Origin: Guillardia theta CCMP2712
Taxonomy: Eukaryota > Protista > Cryptophyta
Direction: 5' to 3'
DNA length: 64,000 bases
Assembly: GCF_000315625.1 (NCBI RefSeq)
Contig: NW_005434618.1
Coordinates: forward strand, 387,604-451,603
Below the pieces are notes generated by a model. It was not told the DNA's origin and searched no databases. It saw nothing but the letters and a program-made list of their open reading frames with translations. Position numbers and translations under genes: made by a program. Shown in pieces: positions 1 through 14,596 of the stretch. Position 1 is the first letter of the stretch. Each line of letters begins with the position of its first letter.

Positions 1-711
1 GTCCGGTCGGAAGCTGAGAGACTGAGATCTGAGTGCTTTGCTGGGTCCACTGGGTCATGACAGGCTACACAGCAAGAGAAATCTCCTCAACAGTCCCAGA
101 TAAATCTTTCAGCAACCTCCAACACTTTATTCCCAACACCGCATTCAGTAAAAGTTACCACGCTGCTACTCTTGTGACTCTCCTCACCTCCTCTCCTTTC
201 CAACTGCTCCCTACCCGCTATCCGTCCTTCCTGGAAGAGTACAAGTCTATTGAAACTGCTCCTCCTGGCCTGCCCTGTCAGATCAGGCCCCGGCTGAGCT
301 GGAACGGGCCTCCTGAATCTCCCGGCGTGATTGCGGGACGGTACAGTTGCAGCCTGGCGGCATCCCGGCGCCGCTCCGAGGGCCGATGGTCACTCGCTGC
401 CGTCCGATCTCGTTCAAGTTCTACCAGCGGCTCAGCTGGCAACTTAAGTTAGCACAGGCCTGAGTTAGCAGTCATACAATCAGCTCTGTACTCACAGTCA
501 CGGTCACGTGACTGAGTACAGGACTGAGCCTGGCAGACTCTGAGGACCGTACTGAGTACTGCAGCGGCACTGAGCCTCGGAGTCAGGACCGTACTGAGTC
601 TGGCACTGATGAGTCGGTGACTGCCTGCGGATGAGTAGGGGCAGTAGGGTATGAGTGGGGATGAGGGTCCATTATCGGGCAAAGCGTTCCCATGCGGTGG
701 TGGAGGCCGTA

Positions 712-843
712 GGGAAGGGGAGAGGAGGGAGGACGAGGGAAGGGGAGAGGAGGGAGGACGAGGGAAGGGGAGAGGAGGGAGGACGAGGGAAGGGGAGAGG
801 AGGGAGGACGAGGGAAGGGGAGAGGAGGGAGGACGAGGGAGGG
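712..843. repeat. 25-bp purine-rich tandem repeat (GGGAAGGGGAGAGGAGGGAGGACGA) x~5
   Basis: Directly visible tandem units. Confidence 0.9.
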
Positions 844-990
844 TTGGGAAACGAGTAGGAAGGGGAGGATAAGGATGATGCTGATATTTAGCGATGTGCA
901 GGCAGTGAGTTGACGGGCCCAGGTGCAGGGGGAGGAGATTGGCAGAAGTCGAATGGGGAGTTAGCGAGGATCTGTGTTCGCAAGACTGTT

Positions 991-2744
<1,754 letters not shown>

Positions 2745-2779
2745 CCGCCCCCCCTCCCCCCCCTCCTCCTCCTTCCTCC

Positions 2780-5471
2780 CTCCTCCTCAGTCCTCTTTCC
2801 ATCTCCCTATCGACTGCTGAAGAAGAAGAAGGCGCAGCCATTCCTGGCCTCGTTGATCTTCGTGTTGAGATTCTTCTCGTCCTCCTCACTCCAGGGCATC
2901 CCTGCTGTCGTTCAAACTCTTGTCGCCCCCTCTCCCCCCTCGCCTCCTTCACCTGCGCTCTTCTGATTCGATTTTGTCCTCCTCCTCAATCGCAATTCCT
3001 CTATCTCCGTCAGGTCCTGTCGTCTCCGTCAGCGAGCCACAAGTTCTCGTGCTCCGACTTCCGTCCTCTAGCTTCTGCTCCTGCTCCCGCTCGTTCCATC
3101 TCCTCCCCCCTCCCCCTCTCTCTTAGACCTCTGAAGGGCCGATGATGATGACGCTTGTGCCAGGAGGAGCCTGGGAGCAAAGGCTGGAGATGGTCTTGTC
3201 GACGCCTGCACGCGGCAGATGACGGAGAGGAAGAGAGACACATGGCAAGACCGAGCAGACGAGCTTCCAGTTCCTCGGGAGGAGCTTCAGCCTTGTCGTC
3301 CGGCGCGTCGTTGGGAGGAGGAGAAGTAGCAGACTTGCGCCGAGAGGCTCGATCCTCTCGAGGAGGTCCGACGTCGAGCCAGGAGACCAGGAGGAAACTG
3401 TCGTGGCTATCGAAGATCTGACGAAACGAGCTCATCACGGCCGTGGATGAGGTTGGAGGCTCGTCACCTTTGCCGCTTCCTCTAGCATGTTCTTCTCGTT
3501 CTTGCAGCAGATCTGAGTTGCTGAGCTTCCCTTCGACATCAGTCCGATCTTGTTTTACCAGTCAGTAGGAATATCTCTCCTCCTCAATCTCCCTCCTCTG
3601 CTCCTCCACCTTTCCTCCCTTCCCACTTGCTCTTCCGCCCTCTCTCGTCCTCCCCTTCCCCGCTCCTGCTTTCCTTTCCTCCTCCTACCGTCCTGATGTC
3701 ACCCAGCATGAACATCTGCAAGCTCCTTGTGCTCTTCCTCTCCAACCGATGAAACAAATTTTCTCCCTTCAGCCTGCAATCTCCTGATACACCGAAGAAT
3801 GGACCTGCAAGAGCTTGTTGGATTTGACAAGTTCCAGGGAGAGGGAGCAGGGGAAGAGAGAGGCGAGGAGGGAAAAGGAATAAGTTGTGTTGAACGAGGA
3901 GGATAAGGACAGGAGCAAGGAGGAGAAGGACAGGAGCAAGGAGGAGAAGGAGGAGAAGGAGGAGAAGGAGGAGAAGGAGGAGAAGGAGGAGAAGGAGGAG
4001 AAGGAGGAGAAGGAGGAGAAGGAGAGGACGGGTCTAGGGCAAACCTTTCATAAGTTTGAGCTTGACAAGCTGCATGCAAGCAGCAGCGTCATCAACGCTG
4101 CAATGTCCATTCTTCCTATCCATCTCCCTCCTCAAGTATCTGCTGACAAGGTGGCGGAGAGCATGCTTGTACGCGTTTCCCCTGGTTGACACCGTCAAGA
4201 CATCATAGAAAAGAAGAGCAGGGGAAGGTGAGGAAAGGAGCAAGCGAACAAGGGAGGTGGAGGTGGAGGTGGAGGGGGGTTGGGGGGGTGGCGAGCGAAT
4301 GAGGGAGAGCATACTTCGGGTGGGGGAACAGGACTGCCGTATCGATGACGCGGCTGTGATAGATTCTGCACGCCCTCAGGTCATTTTCCAGCGAGTGCCC
4401 CACCAGGATGGTTTCGGCGGAGCAGAGCTCGAGAACTCTCTGCTGGATGTCGTAGATGTTCGTCTCCACGTCCTTGAGCATCTCCTGGGTGATCCCGCTG
4501 TACTTGGTGTTGTAGTCCACGATCTCGTTGAAGGGCTTCACGAAGCTGTCATACACAGTGTTGCCATCCTCGTCCACCAGGGAGATTCTGGTCAGCTCCA
4601 GCCCCTCCTTGGTAGTGCACATCTCACAGTCCATCGCAATCATCTTATCCCTCCTCCCTGACTTGGGTGACTTGGGTGACTTCTTCTCATCCCCACCCTC
4701 TGGCCTCGTCTCCACGTACCCGTTGGCGTGCTCATACTCCTCCCCTCCCTCCCAGTTGGGCGAGATGGGGTAATTGTTGTCGACAAGCTCTGCAAAGGAG
4801 AGCAGGCAATCGGAAGGTTTCAATGATAGCTCTGCTGCGCTCTTCTTGGCGGCTTCTTTAGCATTTTTAGCGTGTCCCTTGTCTTGGTCTGGGCACGTGA
4901 AAATGTCAGCAGTCGCCGGGAAAATCTCGATCGGAGTGCCAGGGGCGCGGAGGACAACAGAATCGTGACGGCGGGAGGAGAGGAAAGGAAGGGAGTCCTG
5001 ATGCTTCAGGTAGGTAGAGTGTCCCAGTGAGTCCACGCACACGATCATCAGGTTGCGGACCGGGAGATTCCCTTCAAGGCTCGCCCACGAGGGGGAGGGC
5101 CCGCAACCCATACTGTGAAGAATGTAATCCCTGACGTCCTTCGGGTTCAACGGAGGCCTCGGCACTGGGAGGGACCATTGAAGTTTCAGCAAGGCCTTGT
5201 CTGGTGAAGCATGTTCTCCTTCCGGCTCCTCCTGGCTCCTCCTCCTCCTCTTTTTCTTCTTCTTCTTCTTCGCGCTCGAGGATTCGTCACGGGAGCTCTG
5301 GTCACGAGACTCTCTGTCCGAGTCTCTTGAGCTGTCAAGGTCTTTGTTCTTCTTCCTCTTCTTCTGCACACGTTCCTCCTCACCCGTCTCCTCCTCCTCC
5401 TCCTCCTCCTGCCTCCTTCTCTCCTCCTCCTCCTTCTCCTTCTCCTTCCTCTTGCTTTTCTTCTTCCCCAT
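2780..5471 (-). CDS. DEDDh 3'-5' RNA exonuclease (REX1/REXO/SDN-like), multi-exon; 3' end approximate
   Basis: IAMDCEMC (ExoI), ILVGHSLENDLRAC (ExoII), VIDTAVLF, next exon GHCSVDDAAAC (ExoIII); Lys/Glu-rich N-terminus from MGKKKSKRK at 5471. Confidence 0.85.
3939..4026. repeat. 9-bp tandem repeat (AGGAGGAGA)n, probably intronic
   Basis: Directly visible. Confidence 0.85.
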
Positions 5472-5614
5472 GGCCGCACGATCTTCCGTCCCCTCGTCGA
5501 CCACCCCACTTCTCCTCCCGTCTACACCCCCACCCTCCTTCCTTCCTCTTAGGACCCCACCCTTCGAACGTTCCAAATTACCTACCACCCCCCCTCCCTC
5601 CTCTAAGAGTATCC

Positions 5615-6985
5615 TTAGCCTGTCTTGGTACCCATCAGCTGCCTTCCGCGCCGAGTTCGCTGCCAACACCGCCTGCATGCAACTGTGAGAAGAGAAGGAG
5701 GAGCACGACGACGACGAGGAGGAGCAGGAGGAGGAGCAGGAGGAGGAGCAGGTGGAGGAGCAGGTGGAGGAGCAGGTGAAGGAGCAGGTGAAGGAGAAAT
5801 CGGTAGGAGGGAGGGCATACACGGGGTGGAGGATGCATAGGACACAAGGGGCGAGGCAGGCAACACAAGGGCAGGTGGGAAAATGGACGAGGCTGAAAAC
5901 TCGTTGAAAGGGCTAGGAAGCTACAAGACATGAAGCGAGATCGAGGTCATCAGACCCAGGGAACAAGACAAACAACAACTGAGATGCATCTTTGACGGAG
6001 GAACTCCTTATATCAAGGAAGGGTTGCACCGGCAGACATGTAGAATTATCTCACCTCTTTCCACTTGGCTCTCGTGGACCCGCAAGGCAACCTGTAGAGA
6101 GGAAATCAGTCAACATAACAAACAGAGCAACCAAGTCCTTCGTCAACAAGGGGAACGGCATGAGATGTGATTCTTGAGGTTGTTGAAACAAGTAAAGGAG
6201 GGGCCGGAGCTCACCTCAGCTTCTCTCCCTTTGCCTTCTTCACTGCTGCTTCTGCCTCAACAACTTTTTGCTGCAGCCTGTAGGAATTGATTAGCTTTCG
6301 AAGACCCACATGCGAGCTGAAAGGCACATAATAATTTCCCGCTCAAACCCTCTGGCCGTGCCATCTCACCCCAGCTAACACCGGGTGTTGTATCCTCAAT
6401 GCAGAGAATCAAAAATTCCTAACAGCTCTGACCTCACATGCCGCATCGCATGTTTGCTGATTTTTTCAATCCTCATCATCTTCATCGCTCACAATCTTTC
6501 AACCTCCCACCACCCAGGAACATCCAAGTTCAAGAGGACACGAGCAGGATGAACAAGGACGCAACATGCCATGGAGCAAAGTAGACTTCTCACCTTTCTA
6601 GCTCTTCTCTGCACTCAACGATCCGCTGCTGTACATTTCTTGTAGTGGGCTTGCTGTTCGCTTCAGATCCTGCTTCCTCCGCCTTCTCACCTGCGTTGGA
6701 GAGCATGTGTCTGATAGTGGTGCGAACGTCGTCGCTCACTGACATGAAGCTTTCAAGTCTCGAGGGGTTCCGCATCTTGGAAGACTGCTTCTTTCCTCCT
6801 CGAAGGACCATGACCAGGCCAAAAGCGCTTCCTTTAACGAGTTGGCTCTTTCCACAATCTATCCGATCCAGCATATTCGAGCAACTAGTATCGTGCATAC
6901 ATTGCGGCCAAGTATCCGAGCAAGAGAAGAAGCAGACGAAGAAGAACCCATGGAACACCCAGAAGATCGAGGGCCCTCTCTTCAT
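5615..6985 (-). CDS. Hypothetical multi-exon protein with signal-peptide-like N-terminus, LRGG motif and coiled-coil segments
   Basis: MKRGPSIFWVFHGFFFVCFFSCS...MVLRGG; downstream short exons with GT-AG boundaries; 3' end uncertain. Confidence 0.45.
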
Positions 6986-7486
6986 CCCGATGCGCCTTGG
7001 CCTCTATTTCAATGGCAAAGATGTTCAGAAGGAGCTGGAACAGCTGCCGCAAGGTGAGACGGAGAAGGTCAAGAGGTACTGCAGGAAAGACCCTCACGCG
7101 CCATGTCGAGATCTCTTCGCAAGCTCATGGTATCGCGATGGGGCGCATCCGATCCCCCCTTCAACGAGCGCACCATGTGCGGAGATGCGGCGGAGAGGTC
7201 TCAGAAGAAGCAGAGCAGGAGCTTGATGTCTGAGGACGAGGAGATTCTCAGTCGCTCTCCTCTCCTCTCCCTCTCCCTCCCTCCCCTTCGCTCCTTGGAA
7301 GATGAAGGCCCTGCCCCGCCATCGTTGCCTACTAAAAGTCCCGCAGCTAGTCCCGTTAGAAAGGGGAAAAAAGTGGAAAAAAGATTGAAAAAAGAAGTTT
7401 TACAGGGGCCGGGTGGTCAGCTGCGGGTGCCAGTAAATTGGAATCGGGGATCATATTGATCAGATTCAACGAGCAAACAAGAAGAG

Positions 7487-7605
7487 CTAGACTGAGTGAC
7501 TTGAACGTGTAAAGAATAAAGGTGAAGGTGTTACAGGCTAGACTGAGTGACTTGAACGTGTAAAGAATAAAGGTGAAGGTGTTACAGGCTAGACTGAGTG
7601 ACTTC
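7487..7605. repeat. 51-bp tandem duplication (x2.3)
   Basis: GCTAGACTGAGTGACTTGAACGTGTAAAGAATAAAGGTGAAGGTGTTACAG repeated. Confidence 0.85.
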
Positions 7606-7839
7606 GACACGGCGTAAAGAAGAAGAGCGAGCTCGCATCGAGTCATGGGCTGGTGCTCATGAGCAGAGCAGCGGGGAGTTCTCTGATGATGGCCATCAGA
7701 CCCTCAATGACCTTCAGCCACGTCACGCTGAGCGATCAGAGACTGAGAGATCAGTTACCTTGAGGAGGCGAGAAGACGGCGAGGAATCAAGCGTGATGGA
7801 TTGGGCAATGTCGGTGAATCCCTTCTGCATAGAAATCAT

Positions 7840-10196
7840 TTAAAGTAAGCAATGCTTCTGCTCCTCGTCACCCGCTGAGGAAACATGTGGAGGAAAAACG
7901 CGCAGAGCCAGAAAGACAGAAGTGAAGGATCCATGGGTAGTTGACCGACCTGACCACAACACGACAAGCTCAGTGTCGAGTGTTAGAGGTTTCTCTTTCA
8001 AGGCATCACCTGCTGCAAGAATCGTGACCAAACCTCCTGGGGGAGAAATTTCTGGAGAATCAAGCAGAAGGCCTGCAAGGTGAAGCTTGAAGGAGATTGT
8101 GAGGCTCTGCCCAGCATGGTCGAACAAGGCATACCGGAACAGCTCGTCCAGGCTCTTCTCGGTGAGCTTCTGCTGCTCCTCTTGCAGGGCGTTCAGCGAG
8201 ACCCGCCGTCGGTCTCCACGCCTGAGCCATTCGTTCTCCTCCCTCTCCATCCACTCGCTGAACTGGTCAGGACGAGTGAAGGGGTTCAACAGCTCGTCCT
8301 TGTGGCCTGTTGCTTCCTCGTCTGCATCGTCTTCCAACCATCGCACCCTCGCTGTCAGGTACCCGTCACGGATCTCCTCCTCCTCCACTTGGAATCGCTT
8401 CGCCCCGTAGGCTGTCACCTCACACCTGCCGTCGTGGAGGTAATTGAAAGACTCGATTTGCAGCAAGCATCCGTAGCCCCCCAGCCTGTCCGAGGAGGAC
8501 GGAGGGCAGAGGCCGAAGCAGCTGCCGGACTCGATGCACCTTCGGATCATGATCTTGTAGTGCGGCTCGAAGAACTGAAGATGATACTTCACCCCGGGGT
8601 ATCCGAGGGCGCAGGAGAGGATCGGCACCCACGATGGTCCGACCGAAGGGGTAGGACTGATCGCCCCGCTGCTCGTGACCTTTTCCTGCATCTCGAGCTG
8701 TGAGCTCCGCTGCGCCATCAGGTCAGGGAACAACATGTTGAGGACGGAGTTCAAGCTGCGGGAGATGGGGCAGTAGCGCTGGTTGCTGACGAGATGCCCG
8801 TCCTTGCGATGTAGAGCAAGGTATCCGATGAGAGAAGAGCGGCAGAGGGGGCAAGTTGAGTTGTAGTCCAGGCTGCGTATAAGGCACACCCGACAGAACG
8901 TGTGGCCGCAAGGGGTTGTGGTCGGCTGACAGATGACATGGTAGCACAACTTGCACTCGAGATCGAAGTCGTCCGCTGCGAGGTTGACCAGATGACGTGT
9001 CATCTCGTTCTTGTCAGCATCACTGAGGGAAGGAATCCTCCAGCTCTCCTTGAGCTGGCCCTCGAATTGCTCGCCGAGCTCGCACTCGCTCGACAGCAAG
9101 CTGTGCAGGAGCTCAACAAGCTTGCCTCTTGCTGTCTTGACGTCCAGCTTTGTCGCCCGATGCCCCCCCGTCTCCCGCATGTTCTCACAAAGAACTGTGA
9201 GACTCAAGAGAAACGACCCAAAAGCTTCAGCATTCATGTCGAGACCGAGAAAGGCGAGAGCTCTGCAAGACAGTCAAAGGATTTCAATCCCATTCTTATC
9301 ACAAAGTTTGAATGGACAAAGAACCATATCAATCATCGTAATTACACAACACACACATGGTCAAATTCACCATGTCATGTGTTCTCCTACCTGCGAAAGT
9401 GACCTTTCCCCCAGTCCGGCATGAGAGCGACGGACATGTCAGCACTGGCAAGAGCCTCTGAGAATCGATGAGCGGACAGAAGCGCCTGTGCCTTGTTGCC
9501 ATGCAGCACGTGATCATACGGGGACAGGGCGATAGCCTTGTCGTAGAGATCGACAGCTGCCTCGATGTCTTGACTCGCGAGCTTCAGGTTAGCTTCCTTC
9601 CTCAGCTTCCTCGCCTCTCCTCCCTGCGGGAACGCGAACTCATCGACGATCATGCTGAGGGTGAGGTTTGGCTTTGACAGCATCTGCTTGGACGCTTGAC
9701 ATGCTCCTCCCTGCTCCTGCTGCCTATCTCGATGAAGCACAACGACTGTGGGCGCATCGCGACACGTCGGCCCGGGCAGGGGGCACTTGCCGATCTTGTT
9801 CCAACAGGCCTCGCACAAGGTGTGGCCGCAATGGAGGGCGTGAGGGTTCTCAAAGATGAGAAAACAGCAGTCGCATCGCAAGACCCGATTGATCGGCAGC
9901 TCCTGGCATGCTGCCTCCTCCTTGAGCACATGGCTGGCCAGCATCTTGCCGCGAGCAAGCACCCTAATGAATCCCTGCTCCTCGTCAGATCCAGGCATGT
10001 GCTCAGCTCCATAGAAGAGGCGCAGAGCTTCTCGCCACCCTTCTACTTCTTCCTGCTCTTGTTCAACCTTGTCAGCGATGTTGCGATGCAGGACTTGCTC
10101 GATCTCCTGCAACCGATGCAACCGATGCAGCCCGCAAGCTGTTTCTCGAAGCATCGGGCTTCTTCTCACACTGCGGACTAGATCAGTTGGCAGCAA
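7840..10196 (-). CDS. LON peptidase N-terminal domain and RING finger protein (RING-TPR-RING-LON_N, LONRF-like E3 ligase); ends approximate
   Basis: CDCCFLIFENPHALHCGHTLCEAC; TPR (YDKAIALSPYDHVLHGNKAQAL); CKLCYHVICQPTTTPCGHTFCRVC...CPLCR; LON_N (YPGVKYHLQFFEPHYKIMIRRC...GAKRFQV). Confidence 0.88.
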
Positions 10197-10958
10197 AGTT
10201 TACACTCCATGATCTTGCCCGACGAGCTGTCTCTCCAGTTCACTTCTCCTCTCCCCCTTTACGCTTTCTTGTTGACGTGATGCAAGTCTAATTCCTCTGC
10301 CAATCCTCTCGCCCTCCTCTCGCCCCTTTTCCCTCCTTCCCACCTCTTGTCCCCCTCCCCTCCTCCTCTCCTCCTCTCCCATCATGTGCTGTTTCATCAT
10401 ATTCTTCTCTCCTCCTCCTCCTGCTCCCTTCCCTTCCTTGTATATCGATACAGTTTGTGAACTTTTCGGTCAAGTGGCTGTAGTTTTACTCAAATAGGAA
10501 ATAAATTGGGACAGCAATAATTGAGCGAAATCCAAATAGGAAAGAAATCATGCTACATGTTCTATTTCGATGCTCATGGGAGGAGACAGGCTCTTGTGGA
10601 GATGGCGCGTGGTGGAAGAGGCAGAGAGACCAGGGGAGAGGAGGGAGAGAGGGAGAGAGGGAGAGGAGGGAAGGAGAGGGAGGGAGGGAGGAGGAGGGAG
10701 GGAGGAGGGAGGAGGAGGAGACGGAGGAGGGAGGAGGGAGGGAGGGAGGAGGGAGAGGGAGGAATGCATAACGGATGGACGGTAGATGGAGTTCCGTGGG
10801 TTGGTGGGTAACCAGAGATGGAGAGGGGAGGGGAACTTCCCTTCGGAAAACACATGGTGAGCACGTGGACATGCGAGACAGCAGTGCAAGACAACGAGAA
10901 GAAAAGAAGAAAATTGATAGGTGGCATGGGACTCCTTATTGACATTTCTTGTCACAGA

Positions 10959-11281
10959 ATGGTGTTTGACCTGCTGCGGAGGACGATGCTAACATATGGA
11001 AGGTTCGACTCACTTCGCCTCCCCCTCCTCCTTGCCCTGCTCTTGCCATGCAACCCCACCCCCCTCGGCGGTCTTCCCTCGTGATTGACCTACCCTTCAG
11101 CGCGGAGGACGAGGTAGCAACGCTGGAGCCACATCAGATCAAGGACGAGACGGACAAGAACTTCTGCGACCTCTGCGTCAACCACATGGCCTTCGGAGTG
11201 GAGGGATGCCGGGCAGAGTTCTACACCAACGACAGGCTGAAGAAGTGCGGCATCACCGTTGGCGACGACAAGTCCAAGTGA
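10959..11281 (+). CDS. Small two-exon hypothetical protein with CxxC
   Basis: ATG 10959, GT-AG intron, exon 2 ...KNFCDLCVNHMAFGVEGCRAEFY...; C/G-rich third positions. Confidence 0.4.
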
Positions 11282-11378
11282 TGTGCCGGGTGACGAGATG
11301 CTTTCTGCTGTAGATGGCTAGTGTAACATACATTATCTCCTCCTTCATCCGTCTCCTTCTCCTGTTCCTCCTCGCTAC

Positions 11379-11880
11379 TCAAAGCGTGTACGTCATGATG
11401 GGCTCACTGTCTGCCCTCCTCGCCAACAAGAGCGCCTCCTCCTGCGGTGACCTCATGAACAAGTCCGACTGCTGCAGGAGGTTCGGTACCGACTCGACCT
11501 TATGGACCCCCGACGACCCCTCTCCTCCCCCATCCATCGCCACCCTGTGCTCCTGTCCACCAAGGGGGAGGGCCCGGGCTGAGCTGCTGCTGGAAGCCTT
11601 GCTGGGATCGTGGGCTGGGGAGGGAGCATTGGCCGCCTCCTCCGTCACGATCCTCGACTGCCACTCCTCCCTGGAGAGGGAGAGCTGGAGGGTGCTGCGG
11701 TACGCCTCGAACGCCTCCCTGTAGTGGTTGGTGCGTAGGTATTGGTCGCCAGGGCTCAGCAGCGCCCGCTTGACAGAGCTCTTGACATCCCCTGCCTCCG
11801 CTGCCTCCAACCTCAACGAAATCTCCTCGCTGACGGATACGCCAGAAGAGCTGTCAGCGTCCTCCTGCTCGCTGGCCCCG

Positions 11881-11913
<33 letters not shown>

Positions 11914-14596
11914 TCCTCCTCCTCCTCCTCCTCCTCCTCCTCCTTCTCTCTCGCTGTGTCCTCGTCGTCCTCTGAGGCTGGAGGCGTCCAGGTCGGCCGT
12001 TGAGCGACGCTGGGGAGAGTGACGGAGCTTCTTGTCTCGTCCTTCTTCATCGGTGACGTCACCCTGTCAGGGCCCTCGAGCACGCCTCGACGCTCGAGAC
12101 GCTCGAGGGCAGCAAGAACTTTGTTGAAGCCCTCAGTGATGAGCGCACCGACGTCCTCCTGCGCTCTCCTCTCCTCTCCGACGTTGGGCCTCCTCTCCAT
12201 ATGTTCCCAGGCCCCAAAGTAGGGACTAGCCGGGGTGCCCTCCCGCTTGCCGATCGAGCGCTGGCCCTCCTCCTGTAGGGAATGCCTGGAGTCCTGGAGC
12301 ATCTGACGAGAGGCGATCAGACGAAGAGCCGAGGGAGGGAGGAGGCGCATGAGAGGTGGGAGAAGATGACGGGAAGTACACCCGACGCGTGAGGAAAGAG
12401 ACAGCGAGCGCGAAGGCAAGCTGAAAGAGGACGGGAGGACGGGAGGGCGGGAGGACGGGAGGAGGAAACAGGGGCAGGAGAGGATCATGGGTGGAAGGAG
12501 GAGTTGGGACCCACCAGGACTTTCATGGCAAAGAGGATGCTCGAATCGTCGGAGTGGTTCTTGACCGAGTGCTGCATGCGCTGAGCGAGGAGCTTCTGCG
12601 CGTAGAGCGAAAGCTGCCACCTCATGGCAGCCTCGAAGGCGGAGCGGGACATCTCCCCCTGGTCGTTGCAGAAGGACGAGTTGTGAGTGATGACGTCCCA
12701 GTCCTCGAGGCTGATCTGGATGACGGGCTGCAAGTTCAGCCCTGCCAGCCCGTCGCGGAGCTCCTCGAAGGTGAGGGTCCCGCTGCCGTCGATGTCGAGC
12801 TGGGAGAATACGAGCTCGATCTGGGAGGAGAGGTGGCTGGAGGAGGAAAAGTTGGCGAGGATGGCGAGTAGGGGGTCGAGCGGGCCTGCCACGCGGTAGT
12901 GCTCGATCGACTCCTCGCTGATGCGGTCCTGCTGCTCGAACCTGTCGATGGCGGAGAGGAACCCCTCGAGGATGACGGCGATGATGACGTTGAGGATGAC
13001 GATGCCGATGAGGACGAGGAAGGAGACGAAGAAGATGGCCACCAGCGCGGAGTTGGCGCCCTGGTTCTGCAGAGGTCTGACCACGTCCGTCGACCAGCCG
13101 TCGAAGGTGGCGACCTGAAACATGGTGAAGGAAGCCTTGAGGAAGGTGCCGAACTGCGAGGGAGAGAGGTCGGCAAAGATGGAGGAACCGACAATGGCGT
13201 ATATAGAGTTGACGACGAGGAAGAGGACGAGGGTGTTGAGGACGGAAACGAAGCTGATGGAGATTGCAAGAACGATCTTCTGTAGAGATCTCAGCCTGAG
13301 GTAGGTGAGAAAGTCAGACAAGTCAAGGGAGAATCGATCATCACTTGTTGAACACCCGAACAATCTTGAAGACACGGAGCAATCGCAGGACGCTGATGTT
13401 GAAGTTTGATTTCGTATCAAATCTCAACAAGACGGAAGTGGTGATCGAAGAGAGGATGACGATGAAGTCGAAGATGTTCCAACCTGTTGAGGGTTGAGAG
13501 AATGCGGAACCAAGAGAGACGATACCCGAGGAGAAGAAAGGATAGAACCAGTGGATGAACATGTTCACTATGAGCTCGCACGTGTAGATCATTGTGAAGC
13601 AGTCATCCACCCAGTCAAACATGGCCCGTTCAGTTGTCCCAGGAGGTGATCGCAATTCAGCATCGACAGCATTGAACAAGAAGTTGACCACGAGCATAGC
13701 CCCCAGCAGGCCCTGGCAAGCCTCCGACAAATAAATCCTGTTCAGGTCAAGTGCAGCCAAGCAGAAGGATGTCACATTCACTAAGAGAGAAGGAATGGGC
13801 GACCTGCTCAGCTTCTGCCTCAATCTCTCCACCCGCGTCAGATGTCGACTCCTCTCGAAGTCTTTCACCGCCTGCCCCTTCGCCTGCAAGATCTTATCTA
13901 TCCATCGTTGACATTCCTCTTCGCTCGACGCCCTCAGACAGACGTTGCTGCCGCCTCGTCACCCGAGCGCTCATCGCGTGTCCCTGCTCCTCCCTCACCG
14001 GTTCGAAGAATGCTCCAAGATACGGAAGGCGTGATTCCATTCCAGCTGCGACACGTCTCGCTCGCTCGCCTCCATCGCCGTGAGACTGTTGGAACTGCCG
14101 GTGTGCCGTCGCAACAAGTTGCTGCCTCCGCCGAACATCACGGCCTCGTTGCTGGAGATGCGCGACACCTGATACAGCATGACACAGATCTGAGACAGGC
14201 GATGTGAACACCTCAAAGATGTCGAGCAGTCGAATTCGATCTCGAATGTGACTTGAGTCGTCAAGCGCTATCATCAGGTACTTGTCGGTGAGGTACACGT
14301 GCCTCGAAGACCAATAGATTCTCTTGGATACGATTCGCTTCTCCACCGCCCCATGCATGACGATCTACATCGCACGACGGTGTGAGGTGAAGGCACGTCC
14401 GGCATTCCCTCACCTCCTCCTCCCTCGGCTTGTCCCATATCACCATCCCACTGTCGTTCTGCATTTCGATGAACTCAGGCATCTTTTGCTGAGCCGGCGC
14501 TTGATGAGACCCGGGAGACCTGGGTCCGTGTTGATGAAGCAGGTTGTGAACTTTACCAGCTGCCGTGATCATCCCTGATGAAACAGGAGAGGTCAT
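11379..14596 (-). CDS. Single-domain voltage-gated cation channel (Ion_trans, BacNav/EukCat-like) with N-terminal PH-like region and C-terminal EF-hand; multi-exon
   Basis: S3 WNIFDFIVI, S4 VLRLLRVFKIVRVFNKLRSL, pore FQVATFDGWS, S6 VILNVIIAVILEGF, EF-hand DIDGSGTLTFEEL. Confidence 0.85.

Noticed and set aside
33-290. Possible retroelement or gene relic at the window start
   Set aside because: No recognisable motif; cannot assign without a search
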